Source: Felis catus (taxonomy: Eukaryota). From it: a stretch of DNA of 64,000 nt. The stretch lies in the NCBI RefSeq assembly GCF_018350175.1, contig NC_058377.1:67642001-67706000 (forward strand), given 5' to 3'. The position numbers and the translations under genes were made by a program. Position 1 is the first letter of the stretch; each line of letters opens with the position of its first letter. This document shows, in pieces, positions 36,711-49,348 of the stretch. The notes under the pieces were generated by a model. The model had not been told where the DNA came from and ran no database searches. It was given only the letters and a program-made list of their open reading frames with translations.

Positions 36711-37739
36711 TTTTCTTTTTTGCACTTTCTAGCCATTGTGAATAATGCTGCTATGAACATTCATGAACAAGTTTGTGTGTGGACATACTTTCAATTCTCT
36801 TGGGTCTATACCTGTGGTGGGGGGAATTGCTGGGTCATAGGGTAACTGTTTAACTTGATGAGCTTTGTTTTGCAGACTCTTGCACATCCTGAACGGCCAG
36901 CAAAGTTTCAAACCGGGCAAGCTGATGGCCGGGCAGACCGGGGAGATTAGCATACGGGAGCCCTGCGGAGGGCAGGCAGTCTGGAAGTCCCAAAGAGCTG
37001 CCATTTCATGCATATGCAGCACTTTCCCAGAGCCAAAGGCAATGGGACTGCAATCACTTTTTTCTGTGTATCTATTCGAAGGTAGAAGCAGGTATGCGGT
37101 TTCCTAAAGCTGCTGCCGAAACAGTGTAGATATGCCTAATTTGGTAAAAATAAACAGTAAGGATTTCAAAGGACATTCACAACAGGCGCGATAAGGACAG
37201 TGTCTGTCAAGTGTCCTCAGACCCCGCAGTGGCACCTGACTACCTCCTGGGAGCCTCAGGCCAGGCCCTGGGATGGGCTCCCTCATATCAGTTTTTGGAT
37301 TCAGTTCCCACAGAACCCCACGAGGAAGTATGGCGTTCCTCCATGTGTGACGTTTGAGGATGACACAGAAGCTGAGCAAAGGGAAGCGTCTGCCCAGGTC
37401 ACAAAACAACTGTTTGAGGGAGTCCGAATTCAAACCAGATCGGTCTGCCTTATATTACTTTTATCTCCATAGGAAAGGAGGACGTTTCCTTCAACGTACT
37501 TGTTTGGGTTTGTAAGTACACACTCTGAGACGGCTTCGGCAGTCACCCGATCTAAAACTTCTCTGGTTCACGTTAGAATGGGAAGTCCTTCTGAGGGAAA
37601 GGACGTAGAGACAAAAGTCTTGGAGCTCCCCGCAGGAACTGGGGAAGACAGAGGAATTCAAGCAGGCTGGGAGTGGTTTTTGTTTTGCTTTTTTTGTTTT
37701 GTGTTTTTGTTTCTGGAGCACCCATCCCAAGCCAGGCGT

Positions 37740-37900
37740 CCCCTACAGTTGTCTCAGCATCCTTTTGAGGTACTTATTATCAGTGCTTCGCAGATGAGAG
37801 GAAGGGAATATGGAGAGGTTACGTACCCCAAGTGACCCAACTGGGAAATATTAGAGGCAGGATCTGAATCCAGGTTTGCTGATTGGAAAGCTCTTGCTAT
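37740..37900 (-). mobile_element. MIR
   Basis: 'cagatgagaggaagggaatatggagaggttacgtaccccaagtgacc...gcaggatctgaatccagg'. Confidence 0.55.
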
Positions 37901-39299
37901 TTTCCCCACATAATCTAACCACTTCTTGGTTTGGAATCTGAGACTCAGAAGGGATTAGGATTCTTCTTTCTGGGAAGCATGGCGAGGGACGTGAGGGAAC
38001 AGAGAGGTCCAAGCCAATGCCTCGGAAGCCTACGTTGACCTCTGAGTTGGTGTGAGTTTGGGAAGGAAGATGTAGACACACCAAGCTGGGAGGGACCAGA
38101 GAGACTCATCTGGTACAATATTGAAGCGTAGGCCCAGGAAAGGAGTACAACCTGGCAGGCCAGGATGCAGAAAGAGCGGGAGATTGGGGACCAAATCCTG
38201 CTCCACCTACTGGGTACATCCGGGCAAGAGATTTAATCGGGAGATGAGGAGGGCCCTGTGGCAATTAGAAAGAAGACACGTGACCGGGCAGCAGGTAGTC
38301 AGCGTGCCTGGCCTTCCCAGGCAGCTGGGCTCTAACGGCTGAAGCAGACCAACACGTCCTCACCGGGCCTCCTTGGAGGCTCAGATGACGTCCATGAGCC
38401 CACCGGAGGCTGGAGCCTTCTCCTTCCTCCATCACTGCCGAGAGACTGGGTTCCCAGTCAGGCTCGCCAGACCCGGATGTCACAGACAGCAGGGTCTTGG
38501 GTGGTCTTGGGTACTTTTGGGCAAAGAGCTTTGCAGAGTCTGGAAATCCAGCTCAGCGTTTCCTCAGCCTGTAGCCCCATGAGACCTCAGGAACAAAGAC
38601 ACTGCAATCCCGCTGGCGGCTGCTTCCTTGTTGCTAAGCGACCACATATTTGATACTAAGTTCCTGTTGATGAAGCTAATTGCAAAGGTTAATTGTCCTC
38701 CCAGATGAAAAACGCTCCAGGAATGTATGTAGGAGTTGGTCTCTATGAACTTCCGAGAGAATGTGATTTTTGGGAAAAGCCTGTTTTTCAGACGGTGATG
38801 GCATCAGCACTTTGTTCTTCATGCTTTGTTCATTTCTCTGGGCTGAAGTTTTCAAACTTGGCAAAAGGGACTCTTAACATGGAACCGCAACATATGTAAG
38901 AGGTCAAGGAGAGCTAAGGAGGTGGGTGGAGTCCCCAGAGCCCCGCCCACCGTGAATCCACGCCCACTCGGAGCCCCGCCCACTCCCCCGCCTCCCCCCA
39001 ACCCAGTGGGGTCCCTGTGGTGCTGGTTTCTGGCTTCTCCCTCTCCTTTCCTTTACTCAGCAGTGATACCCTTGAGAGGTAAAGCTGTGCTGTCTACCTC
39101 TGTGTTTGGAGTATCCAGCCTAGAGCCTGGTGCAGGGCAAGTGAACAGTGAATGCATCACTCATAAATGACACCCTCATGTGTCATGAACCAGGCTGGAT
39201 CGCTAGTGTGGATGCAGCTAAAATACTTGATTCAAAGATCATGGAATGCAGTTTCAGCACTGTTCCAGCTGCTGGGTTACAGTCCCTGGGGAAGCAGGT

Positions 39300-39530
39300 C
39301 ATGGGCATGAGAACAGAGGAAATAGTGGGTTTTCATTTCACCTCCAGTACTTACTGGTTATGCGACCTTGGGCAGATGGCTTCATCCTCCTGGAGGCTCA
39401 GTTTCCTCATCTTTAAATGGGGATGATAAAACCCACTTTGTCTCTCAGTGCTGTTCTAAGAACTGGTGTTGACTGTATAAAATATATGGCCCTGTGCCTG
39501 GCAGAGCCGGAGTTCAATAAATGGTAGCTA
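39300..39530 (+). mobile_element. MIR
   Basis: 'gcgaccttgggcagatggc...ctcagtttcctcatctttaaatgggg'. Confidence 0.7.
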
Positions 39531-40041
39531 TTTTTTTCGTGTGTTGTTGCTTTCCAACAAGAGGCTGGAGTGGTCACTGTGGGACAGCCTGCCTCAGGCA
39601 GGAGGGCGAATTCCGATTCAATTCATGCATGCTCTGAGAAAAGACACAGCACCAAAGCCAGGGGCAGGAGTAGTAGGCAAAAAGGAGTGGAGGTATGGCT
39701 CTCCAAAGCATCTCCAGTGGCATTTTTTCCATTTCACAGTGAGGATTTAAGACGGCTTTCCTTCCAAGAAGATGCTGAGCCTCTCATTAGAGGGGCTGTG
39801 AGTGGTGCTGGGGTGATCACGTGGGGGCCTGCTGTCGGCCCTGGCTCAGGGTCACCTGTGAGGACCAATGCAGGTGACAGCATCACAGAGGGGCTTCCCA
39901 GGATCTAGGTGGAGCTCAGATCCTGACACTTCAGCTTCTGTCCGCCACACATTCAGCCCTCACTCAGCATGTATTTAGGGAAGATGAGGGGGTCAGAGAT
40001 GGAAGACGTGAGTCCTACTTCAAGGAGCTCGTAGTCTACTT

Positions 40042-40488
40042 CAGGGGTTAGCAAACATTTTCTATAAAGGGCCAGCTAGTAAATATTTTCAGCTTTGTGG
40101 ACCATATGGTCTTGTGCAGTTACTCAACTCTGCCACTGTAGCATGAAAGCACCCATAGGCAATATGGAAATAAATGGGCACGACTGTGTTCCAATAAAAC
40201 TTTACTTAAGGGGCGCCTGGGTGGCGCAGTCGGTTAAGCGTCCGACTTCAGCCAGGTCACGATCTCGCGGTCCGGGAGTTCGAGCCCCGCGTCAGGCTCT
40301 GGGCTGATGGCTCAGAGCCTGGAGCCTGTTTCCAATTCTGTGTCTCCCTCTCTCTCTGCCCCTCCCCCGTTCATGCTCTGTCTCTCTCTGTCCCCAAAAT
40401 AAATAAACGTTGAAAAAAAAAAATTAAAAAAAAAAAACTTTACTTAAAAAACCAAGGTTACCCAAGGACTATAGTTTGCTAATGCCTT
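40042..40488 (-). mobile_element. MER58A-like hAT-Charlie element split by a SINE
   Basis: Terminal 'caggggttagcaaac' and 'tagtttgctaatgcct'; internal 'ctcaactctgccactgtagcatgaaagca...ccaataaaacttta'. Confidence 0.8.
40210..40433 (+). mobile_element. Very young Can-SINE
   Basis: Perfect 14-bp TSD aaaactttacttaa (40196-40209, 40434-40447); intact A and B boxes. Confidence 0.98.
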
Positions 40489-40605
40489 AGAGAAAGACAA
40501 AGTGGTAAACAGATCTTTACAGTAGGTGTCATCATGCAGATGTTACACAGGATATAGCAGGTATCCAGACAAGGAAAAGATATTTGCTTAAAAAACTTCC
40601 TGAAT

Positions 40606-40791
40606 GGGGCGCCTGCGTGGCTCAGTAGGTTCAGTGTCCAACTTCAGCTCAGGTCATGATCTCACAGTTTGTGAGTTGGATCCCCACATTGGGCTTTCTG
40701 CTGTCAGTGTCTGCTTCAGATCCTCTGTCTCCCTCTCTCTGACCACCCCCCCCCCGCCCCGCAATAAATACAACATTAAAAACAACAACGA
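40606..40791 (+). mobile_element. Can-SINE, first of a tandem pair
   Basis: GGGGCGCCTGCGTGGCTC head and A-rich tail. Confidence 0.93.
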
Positions 40792-40807
40792 AAAGAAACC
40801 TCTTGAT

Positions 40808-41036
40808 GGGGTGCCCGGGTGGCTCAGTCAGTTGAGTGTCCAACTCTTGATATCAGCTCAGGTCATGATCTCATGGTTTGTGATTTTGAGCCCTGCATCG
40901 GGCTCTGGGCAGACAGTTTGGAGCCTGCTTGGGATTCTCTCTCTCACCCTCTCTCTGCCCCTCCCCCACTTTCTTTCTCTCTTAAAGTAAATAAATGAAC
41001 TTAAAAAAAAAAAAAGTAAAAAAAAAAAAAAAAGAA
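40808..41036 (+). mobile_element. Can-SINE, second of the tandem pair
   Basis: GGGGTGCCCGGGTGGCTC head and long A tail. Confidence 0.95.
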
Positions 41037-41204
41037 AAAAGAAACCTCCTGAAGATATCAGCTGGGTGGCTTTGGAGAAGTCCCTCTCTATATCTTAGTT
41101 TCTTCAGTGGGATATTAATATTATAGAGATCATAGGATAAATGTGTTATACACCTAACATACTGTCTAGGTCATTGTTATATCCATAAGCTAACTCAATA
41201 AATG

Positions 41205-41490
41205 TCAGCAATAATAATAGCTAATGTTTTTGAGGGCTTTTCATATGCTAGCCACTCTTTCATGCACTCTCTCTATATTATCTTATTTAAATCTCATAAC
41301 TATACTGTGAGAGATCTATAATCCCTCCAAAAAGATGCTGAGCCTCTCGTTAGAGGCTCTGTATGAGAGATGTATAATCATTCTTTCCATTTGACATATG
41401 ATAAGACAAAGGCACAAGGAGATCAAATAAATCTGGTAAAGGCACAGCCAGGACTTAAAGGCAAATTCCTGAGCCAGAACTCTAGCTACT
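41205..41490 (-). mobile_element. MIR
   Basis: 'ataataatagctaatgtttttgagggcttttcatatgctagcc...tcttatttaaatctcataac'. Confidence 0.55.
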
Positions 41491-43439
41491 GCACTCACAA
41501 TAATCACTGACAGTATATATTAGGACCCACTCAAGCCAAGACGGACAATTGCTGCTCAGCAGTCATGTTTCTGTGGGCAGTGGGTCATGGGCTTCATTGC
41601 TTGCCCTCTGGCAGCAAAGCCTGAACCTAAGTCTCTGAGTGATGCCCACACCCTATTACCGTGACACCCAATGGGTCATTTCAACCACGTTTGCCTCAAG
41701 TACTCAAGGGCACAGATGTGTGGTGGTATCTTCCAACCCTCTGTACCTGGCAGTACAGTGAGCTTATCATGTCAAGCTTCACTCCTTCCCTATACTTTCT
41801 CCCCTTATGTCTAATCACCAGCTACCCTCAAAAACAAGCAAACAAAATATATGGAGTCCTGTAAGGATGGGCAATGATATCCTCACTCACCATTTTGGAC
41901 CCATTTCTTTAGAGTTAAATTTTCATGCTGTGCCCACAGTGGGAGCAAACGAGCCAACTCTATCAAGAAATAGAGGCATAAACACTGTGGACTAAGGATG
42001 CCTTTGTCCACTTCTTGACTGATGGTCTCCCAGGGATCGGACCATCTCACTTGCAATCTATGCTTTTAGCAGCTAATTGCATTTCTTAGCCATGCTGCTT
42101 CAGACAAAGTTACACAAGTACAATTCCTGGAAGTCTGACACAGCTTGTCAGAGTAGCAGGGCAGAGCTCATCTTACTGGAAATCCCCCTTGGTCTCTTGG
42201 GGGGGGGGGCTGCTCAGTATAGCAACATCAGGAGCCCCAGCCCCCTTAGCGTTTACTGGGCTTCCAATTAGAGGAGGCCCTTGAAGTTGGGGTATGAGTC
42301 AGCCCAAGTCTGTAAGAGACAGCTTGTATCTGGCCCAAGGTCAAATTTCAGAGCACCAGACTCTAGGAAAGAGGCCCATCCATGTTTAAGGATTGGTGTC
42401 TGCACACAGCTAGCTCACAATAATAACAACAATAGATACCATTGATTGAGTTCCTGTGGATCAAAAGCTCTTATGCAAACACTTTTCAGCATTGCCTTTC
42501 TCTTGTTGCAGTGGCCGGTTCTGCATGGGCGGTGTCTGATTTCCCACAGGTACATCTTGATAGTTTCTCACCTCGGCTATGTGCATGTACCACGTGCCTC
42601 CTATGCTGGGAGTTCTCTGTTGATGCCCGTGTAAAGCCCCACTCTGCATCCCACAAGGGGAAATACCAAAGTGCAAGAGAGTTAGTCCCCCGTAAGATGA
42701 AATTTTGGCCAGTTGGAGATAGAAGTCACTAAATACATTCTTCCCTCATTCTCTCCCCTGAGAGATGGTTCCAAGACTCATCTTGTATTGCCCAAGGGCT
42801 TTCAGAGATGCCACTACGATTAAGCATTATGGGATTGCTTCTGCTAGTTATAGCCAGAATCTGGTAGCTATAGTGTGCTCAGGCTGGAGGATTTCTTGGC
42901 ATGGGTGGAGTGGGGGGACTAGTCTCCAGAGCAGCGTCTTTCTAGGATGAGAGGCTCCTACCAAGTGTTAAAGGCATCAGTTTCAGTAGTGAAGATGAAC
43001 TAGATTGGGCTAAGCAGGAATCAGGTAGAGGTAGATTGCTTTAATCTCAAAAAGCCTACGTATGTTCTTGACTTTCTGAGGATTTGGCTATTTACTGCCA
43101 TAAATGCAGAGTAAATTGAAACCGACCTTTCTTCTCTAGGATATACTCCCTCTAGTTGCTCCCAAGTTTGGGCTAGGTAGCTTTCTGGACCAAGAGCTAA
43201 TGGAATATCAGGTCTGAGAAGGCTATTTTTGGATGATCTTAGATTAGCACTTGAGCCAAAGCTCCCACATAGCCTTTGAAATTCCAGACAAAATATAATC
43301 GGGACAGACCTCAGGTATGATAACATGCCTCCTCACTATGACTTTGAGCCTGGAATTCATTACGTCGTGCACATTTGGAGCAGTGCTAACTAATCTAGGG
43401 TTTTTTTCTTCAGGTCCTTCTTCTGCTGGCTTTAACTAG

Positions 43440-43830
43440 CAATACTTTTGCCCAGTAGTCACAAATGGGGTGTGGCATGGACAATGCTAGCGTGGGGACA
43501 TAGGAATATCATATTTCACAATCTCCCCTGCAGTCTGCAACCTCAGACTGGGTTCTAACTTATGGGTTGTAGGCAAATATATGCCACTTTCAGTCCTGGC
43601 CTTAAAACTCTACGTATGTACATTTGCCCACACTTTCTCCCTTTTTTCCCCTCCACCTAGTTGGAAGCAAAGTTTTCCAGCTGGGTGGGGCCCATGATGA
43701 AAGGAATTCAATCCTCAACACTTGCTTGGAGGTGGAGGTATCCAGGAGAGTCACTTGTCACACATCAGGCTATGTTAAACCACTGAGATCTGGGATTGCT
43801 TGTTACTGGAGCTTAGCTCACACATACTAA
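43440..43830 (+). mobile_element. Old MaLR LTR fragment (MLT1-type)
   Basis: 3' end 'ttaaaccactgagatctgggattgcttgttactggagc...atactaaca'. Confidence 0.45.
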
Positions 43831-44769
43831 CAAAGCAGGGGACAGGGCCTTTCCATCCCTCTTGCCCCCAAATCGTCCCCAGATGGTTGGGGAGCAGTTA
43901 GGTGTCCTCCCCTGGTCTTTGGCTCACCAGTCTTTGCCAGGCTGGATCAGGATGGAAGCGTGGGAAGGTTTTACTGAAGGGCCAGGTACATCTCAGAAGA
44001 GCAGTGTCCTGTGAGAGGAGGAGAGTTTGTAACTTACTGTGATCATTCCCTGTGCATACAAGGGAAGCACTTCAGAGAAGCAGCCCGTACAGCTTCAGAC
44101 CTCTGTCTTGGTTCCACCTGGGACCCTCTCAATTCCATTGGGGTTTGTCCTCATCCTTGGCTCTTCACAAGAAGATGACATTCCGCCCCTCAGATCCTTT
44201 AGGTTTTGTCAACCAGAGTGCTTTAGGCTTCCTTTCAGCTGATAATGGTGGTTCTGCTATCCCTGGGAGGAAGTGGTAAGGGTGTCTACGGGATGGTGTC
44301 ACAGTCTCCTTCCCTCTCTCCCCTGCAAGGGGCTCTGGCTGCCTTTCTCACAGGCTCATCTGGGAAGCAAGTACCCCTCTCCATGGGTGTGCTACTTTTT
44401 TGTCAGAGGCAACCTGGCACAGACTCATTTGGGGAAAGGACATTCTCTTGGTCGGAAGTTTTGACCTCATCCCTTTATCAAACAGCGACCCCTTTCATTA
44501 ATGCAAGGGGCCTTTGGTTCTTGTGGGGGCCTGGGTTAACTCATAAAGGTCACCAACTGGGCTACAAATAGCTCATTTTTGCCATTCAGAAGAGGTGACA
44601 GCCTCTCCTTTGGGATGGATGGTTCTCAAGTTACTCAACTCCGTTGGGGGATTGCCAAGTTATTTTTATGCTTTCCCCAAATTATATGCACATATATACA
44701 CACATGCACACACACACATGTGTATATACACACACACTCCCCTAGATGGTAGATAAGGTCATGCCAGAG

Positions 44770-45178
44770 CACAGCACACAGGGCACATTCCTGTCTCAGG
44801 GCCTTTGCACTTGCCTCTCCCTCTGCCTCAAACACCTGGTTTTCAGATTTCCATCTGGCTTGCTCCCTGCTCTCATCCAGGTTGTTGCTCAGATGTCGTC
44901 ATCTCCGGGAGAAAATCATCCTATAAAATTGCATCCCTCATCCCCCAGCGTCCTTATATCCTTTCCCTGCTTTGTATGATTTCCCGGCACTTATCACATT
45001 CTGACAGGGTATATATTTTACTTGTTTGTTAGTTTACTGTCTGTTTCCCCCAAAGAACATATGAACTCCAAGAAAATAAGAGTTTTCATCTGTGTTGTTT
45101 CCTCCTGTATCCCCTGGTCTACAACAATGCCTGGAATATGGCAGGTGCTCAAAAGATACTTGTTAAATGAATTAATGA
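44770..45178 (+). mobile_element. L2a 3' fragment
   Basis: 'ctcagggcctttgcacttgcc' through 'acaatgcctggaatatggcaggtgctcaaaagatacttgttaaatgaattaatga'. Confidence 0.8.
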
Positions 45179-45799
45179 TCCCCTTTCCCAGATAAAGAAG
45201 CAAAATCTCAGAGGGGTAGTTAGAGCTAGGGTGTGTCAAGAAAGATTTCAAACCCAGGAATTTCTGCTTCAAAGCGTTTTTATTTTCTGCTCTGACACCA
45301 GACTTCAGGCGTGCGTGCTATGGCCAAGGGGCTGTGATGTGGGACGATGCAGCCACGAGGAGAATATTCTCTAACACCAGGTACCAGCGAGCCGCCTGCC
45401 CCAGGAGCTGTGCCTCGTTTGCAGGGTTTCTGTTCTGCCCACAGAAGCATTTACCTCGTCAGCAGCATCCGTGGTCTTTCAAATTGCTTCACCTCTCTGT
45501 GGCTCAAACCCCTTCGGCTTCCTACCTGCAAATATTGCCTTTGAGGTTTTCGAGCCATGCTTCCATTCTGTCACGCTTGACAGGCTGGGGGTCAGGTGCC
45601 CTGGGGCCCCGTTGTCACCACACGCTTCTTATCGGTGTGTTGTCTGTGCCTTCTTTCCCAGGTGGCTCGCACTCCAGAAGAGGTGACTTGTGATTAGCTA
45701 CTCACATTTGCTGATCAGGATTTCCATGGCCACATTCACCTTCGCTTCGAGCCATAAAGCTTTCCACGGAAGGGATCAAGCGTCACTTTAAACCAGTGG

Positions 45800-45922
45800 G
45801 GGCTTTAACTCATGCTGACGGCTGCGTCTACCCCCAGAGATTCTGATTCCATTGGTCTGGGCATCGGAATTTTCAAAATCTCCCCTGGTGATTCTCAATG
45901 TGCAGCCAGGGCTGGGAACACT
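45800..45922 (+). mobile_element. MER5-like hAT fragment
   Basis: 'ccccagagattctgattccattggtctggg...ctggtgattctcaatgtgcagccagggctgggaacactg'. Confidence 0.55.
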
Positions 45923-46416
45923 GCTTCGATCGGCTGTTGAGCCTCTTTCTGAGAGGGGAGGAAGAGCGTACAATGTAGCCGAAAACACATACGTTTCAGA
46001 AATAGTCACGTCTCATTCCTGAGTTCTCCTGTCCCTCCTCATCCGACATCCTGCTGGGGCCCGGAGACCGCGTCCTTCTCAGTTTCGTTGTGGAAATCTG
46101 ATATTTCTATTTTCTAGATGCCTTTCTTACTACAAATAATGGCAAACTCTGGTGAGTATGAGGTTCTTTCTATTGGTCGTGTGTACCTCAGTTTTCTCAC
46201 CAGGGAAATAGGCATAATAATAATAATGCTGACATGGTAGGTTTGTTGAGACTTCAAGGAGCTAATATATGTAAGCTAGGAGTTAAGTGCCTGGCATCAG
46301 CTACTATTTTTGTTGTTAGGCATCTTGCTTATCAAATGCCTTCCTTCTCCAGAGTCCATTGTTATAGGAACTGATATTGGCTCCGAAGCAACCTTCCACC
46401 TAGATATTCCATGACT

Positions 46417-46623
46417 TTTTTTTTTTTTTTAATTTTTTAGGTTTATTTATTTATTTTGAGAGAGAAAGAGCGAGCAGAAGAGGGGCAGAGAGAGAGGGAG
46501 AGAGAGAATCCCAAGTAGGCTCTGCACGGTCTGCACAGAACCCGACGTGGGGCTCAAACTCAGAAAACGTGAGATCGTGACCTGGGCCGAAACCAAGAGT
46601 TGGACACTTAACCGGTGGAGCCC
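46417..46623 (-). mobile_element. Can-SINE with a deleted head segment
   Basis: T tail, GA segment, 7-bp flanking repeat catgact. Confidence 0.92.
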
Positions 46624-47032
46624 TTGCATGACTCGTTAAGGGCTTTAGGCTTTGCCATGCCTCTGGCACTCTCCAAATGTGTTACAAAGAAAGTCTCATC
46701 CTCTGTCTTTCAAAAGGTGAATGGCACTATTGTAAATCTTGGGACTTGCCTTGGGCAGGGGCCAGCCTCACCTGCCTCTGGACCAGTGTTCCGAGCCTGG
46801 CACCATAGTGGTGTCTATCCCCAGGGGTAGCTGTGACTACACCTCCCACAGGTCCAGAAGCGGGTATGGACAGATGCTGCCAAGACAGCGGAAGTGGCCA
46901 CGGGGGTGGGTAGCAGAGAACCAAGTGGAGGAGCCCAGCATTGGAAGGGCCCATGTGCCGATAACCCAGGGATTGTGGGCCGGCATAGCCGCAATGTTTG
47001 GTCCAATCACACATGCAAATATCTCCCGGAAG

Positions 47033-47276
47033 GGGGTGCCTGGGTGGCTCAGTTGGTTAAGCGTCTGACTCTTGATCGTGGCTCAGGTCCTGATCTCACA
47101 GTTAGGGGGTGTCAAGCTCCACGTGGGGCTCTGTGCTCACAGTGCAGAGCCTGCTTGGGATTCTCTCTGCCCCATCCCTGCACACACGCATGTACACACG
47201 TTCTCTCTCTCTCTGTCTGTGTCTCTCTCTCTCTGTCTCAAAATGAACAAATAAACATTAAAAAGAAAAAAAAAAA
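47033..47276 (+). mobile_element. Can-SINE
   Basis: GGGGTGCCTGGGTGGCTCAGTTGGTTAAG head, CT segment, A tail. Confidence 0.95.
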
Positions 47277-48952
47277 GGATCTCATGGATCTGGACTCAGA
47301 AAATTAATTGCGGAAGTCTGGTAAGCCGGACCCTGATCAGAGTGCAAGTATCTGTCTCTTCCTGTGGCCTGAAGTGGATGAAACAAGAGCACCCGCCCAG
47401 GGAAGAGACCACAACCAAAGGGAGGCAGAAAGTGCAATAGTTGTCCCCAATCTGGAGAGAATGGCAGAGATAGAAGTGATACAGACACCACCTCCATCTC
47501 CTGAGACTGTCTGCCAGGGGTAGGGACAGACCAAATATTTAACAAGGGTAGCCATGTAGTGTGATGGGTTTCATGCCAGAGACATGTAAGTAGCTATGGG
47601 CACAAGTCACAGGAGACCCGGGTTCACCCTGAGCTCCCAGTGGCAGCAGCTTCCCTCGACTGCGGCTGAAGGTTACCAGACCCACAAGCCTTTATTTCTT
47701 TACCCCTGTCTACATGTGAAGGAACTGAGAATGCCATGCTTGCCTTGTGTTGGCCGTATGCGGCTGTCCTAGCCCAGAACCTCTGAGAGAGGGGGAATCA
47801 GGTCCCCTTGTTCACCACTGTGTCTCGAGGGCACAGGAAAGCATGTGGCGTTAGCAGATGCTCTGTAGTTATTCACTGAATACATGGATGGCTGCATGAA
47901 CTAATGAATCCCAATATAACACAATGATGGGGAACCCAGGGAAGTGGTGCCCAGAAGTCCACATGCCAGGTAGCTGGCAGGTAGCAGGGCACAGTGTGGT
48001 TAACAAGGTAAGACCCACTCAAAATCACTGGGGTGGGAGTTTGCAGCAGGGACCAAGATATGCACATAGAGCGGGCCTAAAGAGCCTCCGTGAATCATGG
48101 CCCCAGGACCTGGGCAGGTCTGGGCCTTTGGATGGGGATCAACGTGCCCAGCAGCTGGGAACTGCTGACAATGGAGGAGGGCTGACACAGTAATGAAAAA
48201 GACATATGGTCCATTCAAGAGACAGCTAGTTAGTGGAGAAATTGCTCTGGAAGTAGAATATTTCTGAGGTGGATGCAGAATCCGTAGGCTTTAACCATAG
48301 ATCACATCATGTTTTCAAATACATTTCTCTGTGTCGACAATTTCACTTATTCTGCAGGTTGTGACGGATTCAAGTGCCATAATTCCTGCCAATGAGACCG
48401 AAGCCACATCATGTGGGTTCCCAAATTGGGTTTGTGTATTGCAGCTAAATGGCCATCTCTTCATTTAGAGGAGCTACAGTTTGAAGATGCGCCAACAGTA
48501 CAGCCATGATGACAGATGAGAAACCCCCAGTCTGGCAGGGCCTTCCGCCCAGTCAGAGCTGACTGCACACCCGGGAGGCCCTGTCTGCACCTGCTAGTAG
48601 TGTCATCTCATGTGTGGCCTTGCGCTTTGGGGATGGCAGGTGGGGCCTGAGGCAGCTGGTGTGCTGAAGGGGCAGATGGAAGGAACTCTGTCCAGAACTC
48701 AGTCCAGAACTCTAGGGTCATATCTAGTACCTAGGACAGCTGCTTCCAAGGTTCCTCAGGCTACACTTCACAAGGACCAGCAAAGGGTAGAGACACCGGC
48801 ACACCATGAAGCACGGGGTCCTTGGGTACCTGTTTGAGGCAAAGCACCTGCAGGGATGGGGAGGCTGATTGAGTCAGGTTTCATGAGGTCGCAAGAGCAG
48901 ACACGCAAAAACATGCTGCAGTGATGCTTCCAATATAAAGATGTATGGATTG

Positions 48953-49177
48953 GGGTGCTTGGGTAGCTCAGTTGGTTAAGAATCCGACTTTGGCTCAGGT
49001 CATGATCTGGTGGTTTGTGAGTTTGAACCCCGCATCGGGCTCTGTGATGACAGCTCAGAGCCTGGACCCTACTTCGGATTCTATGTCTTCTTCCCCCTCT
49101 GCCCCTCCCCTGCTTGCTCTCTCTCTCTCTCTCTCTCTCTCTCAAAAATAAATACACATTAAAAACAATTTTTTTTA
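48953..49177 (+). mobile_element. Can-SINE
   Basis: 16-bp TSD aaagatgtatggattg (48937-48952, 49178-49193). Confidence 0.97.
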
Positions 49178-49196
49178 AAAGATGTATGGATTGAAA

Positions 49197-49348
49197 NNNN
49201 NNNNNNNNNNNNNNNNNNNNNNNNNNNNNNNNNNNNNNNNNNNNNNNNNNNNNNNNNNNNNNNNNNNNNNNNNNNNNNNNNNNNNNNNNNNNNNNNNNNN
49301 NNNNNNNNNNNNNNNNNNNNNNNNNNNNNNNNNNNNNNNNNNNNNNNN
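49197..49348. other. Assembly gap (152 N)
   Basis: N run. Confidence 1.

Larger units (their letters stand above)
35876..36860 (-). mobile_element. L1MB-type 3' fragment, interrupted by an MLT1 LTR and a gap
   Basis: 'ttttattgagatataattcacatatcataaattcatccttttaaagtgtaca' and 'gaataatgctgctatgaacattcatgaacaagt'. Confidence 0.85.

Noticed and set aside
40210-40290. tRNA genes
   Set aside because: The A/B-box-containing segments are tRNA-derived SINE heads followed by CT repeats and A tails, not cloverleaf tRNA genes.
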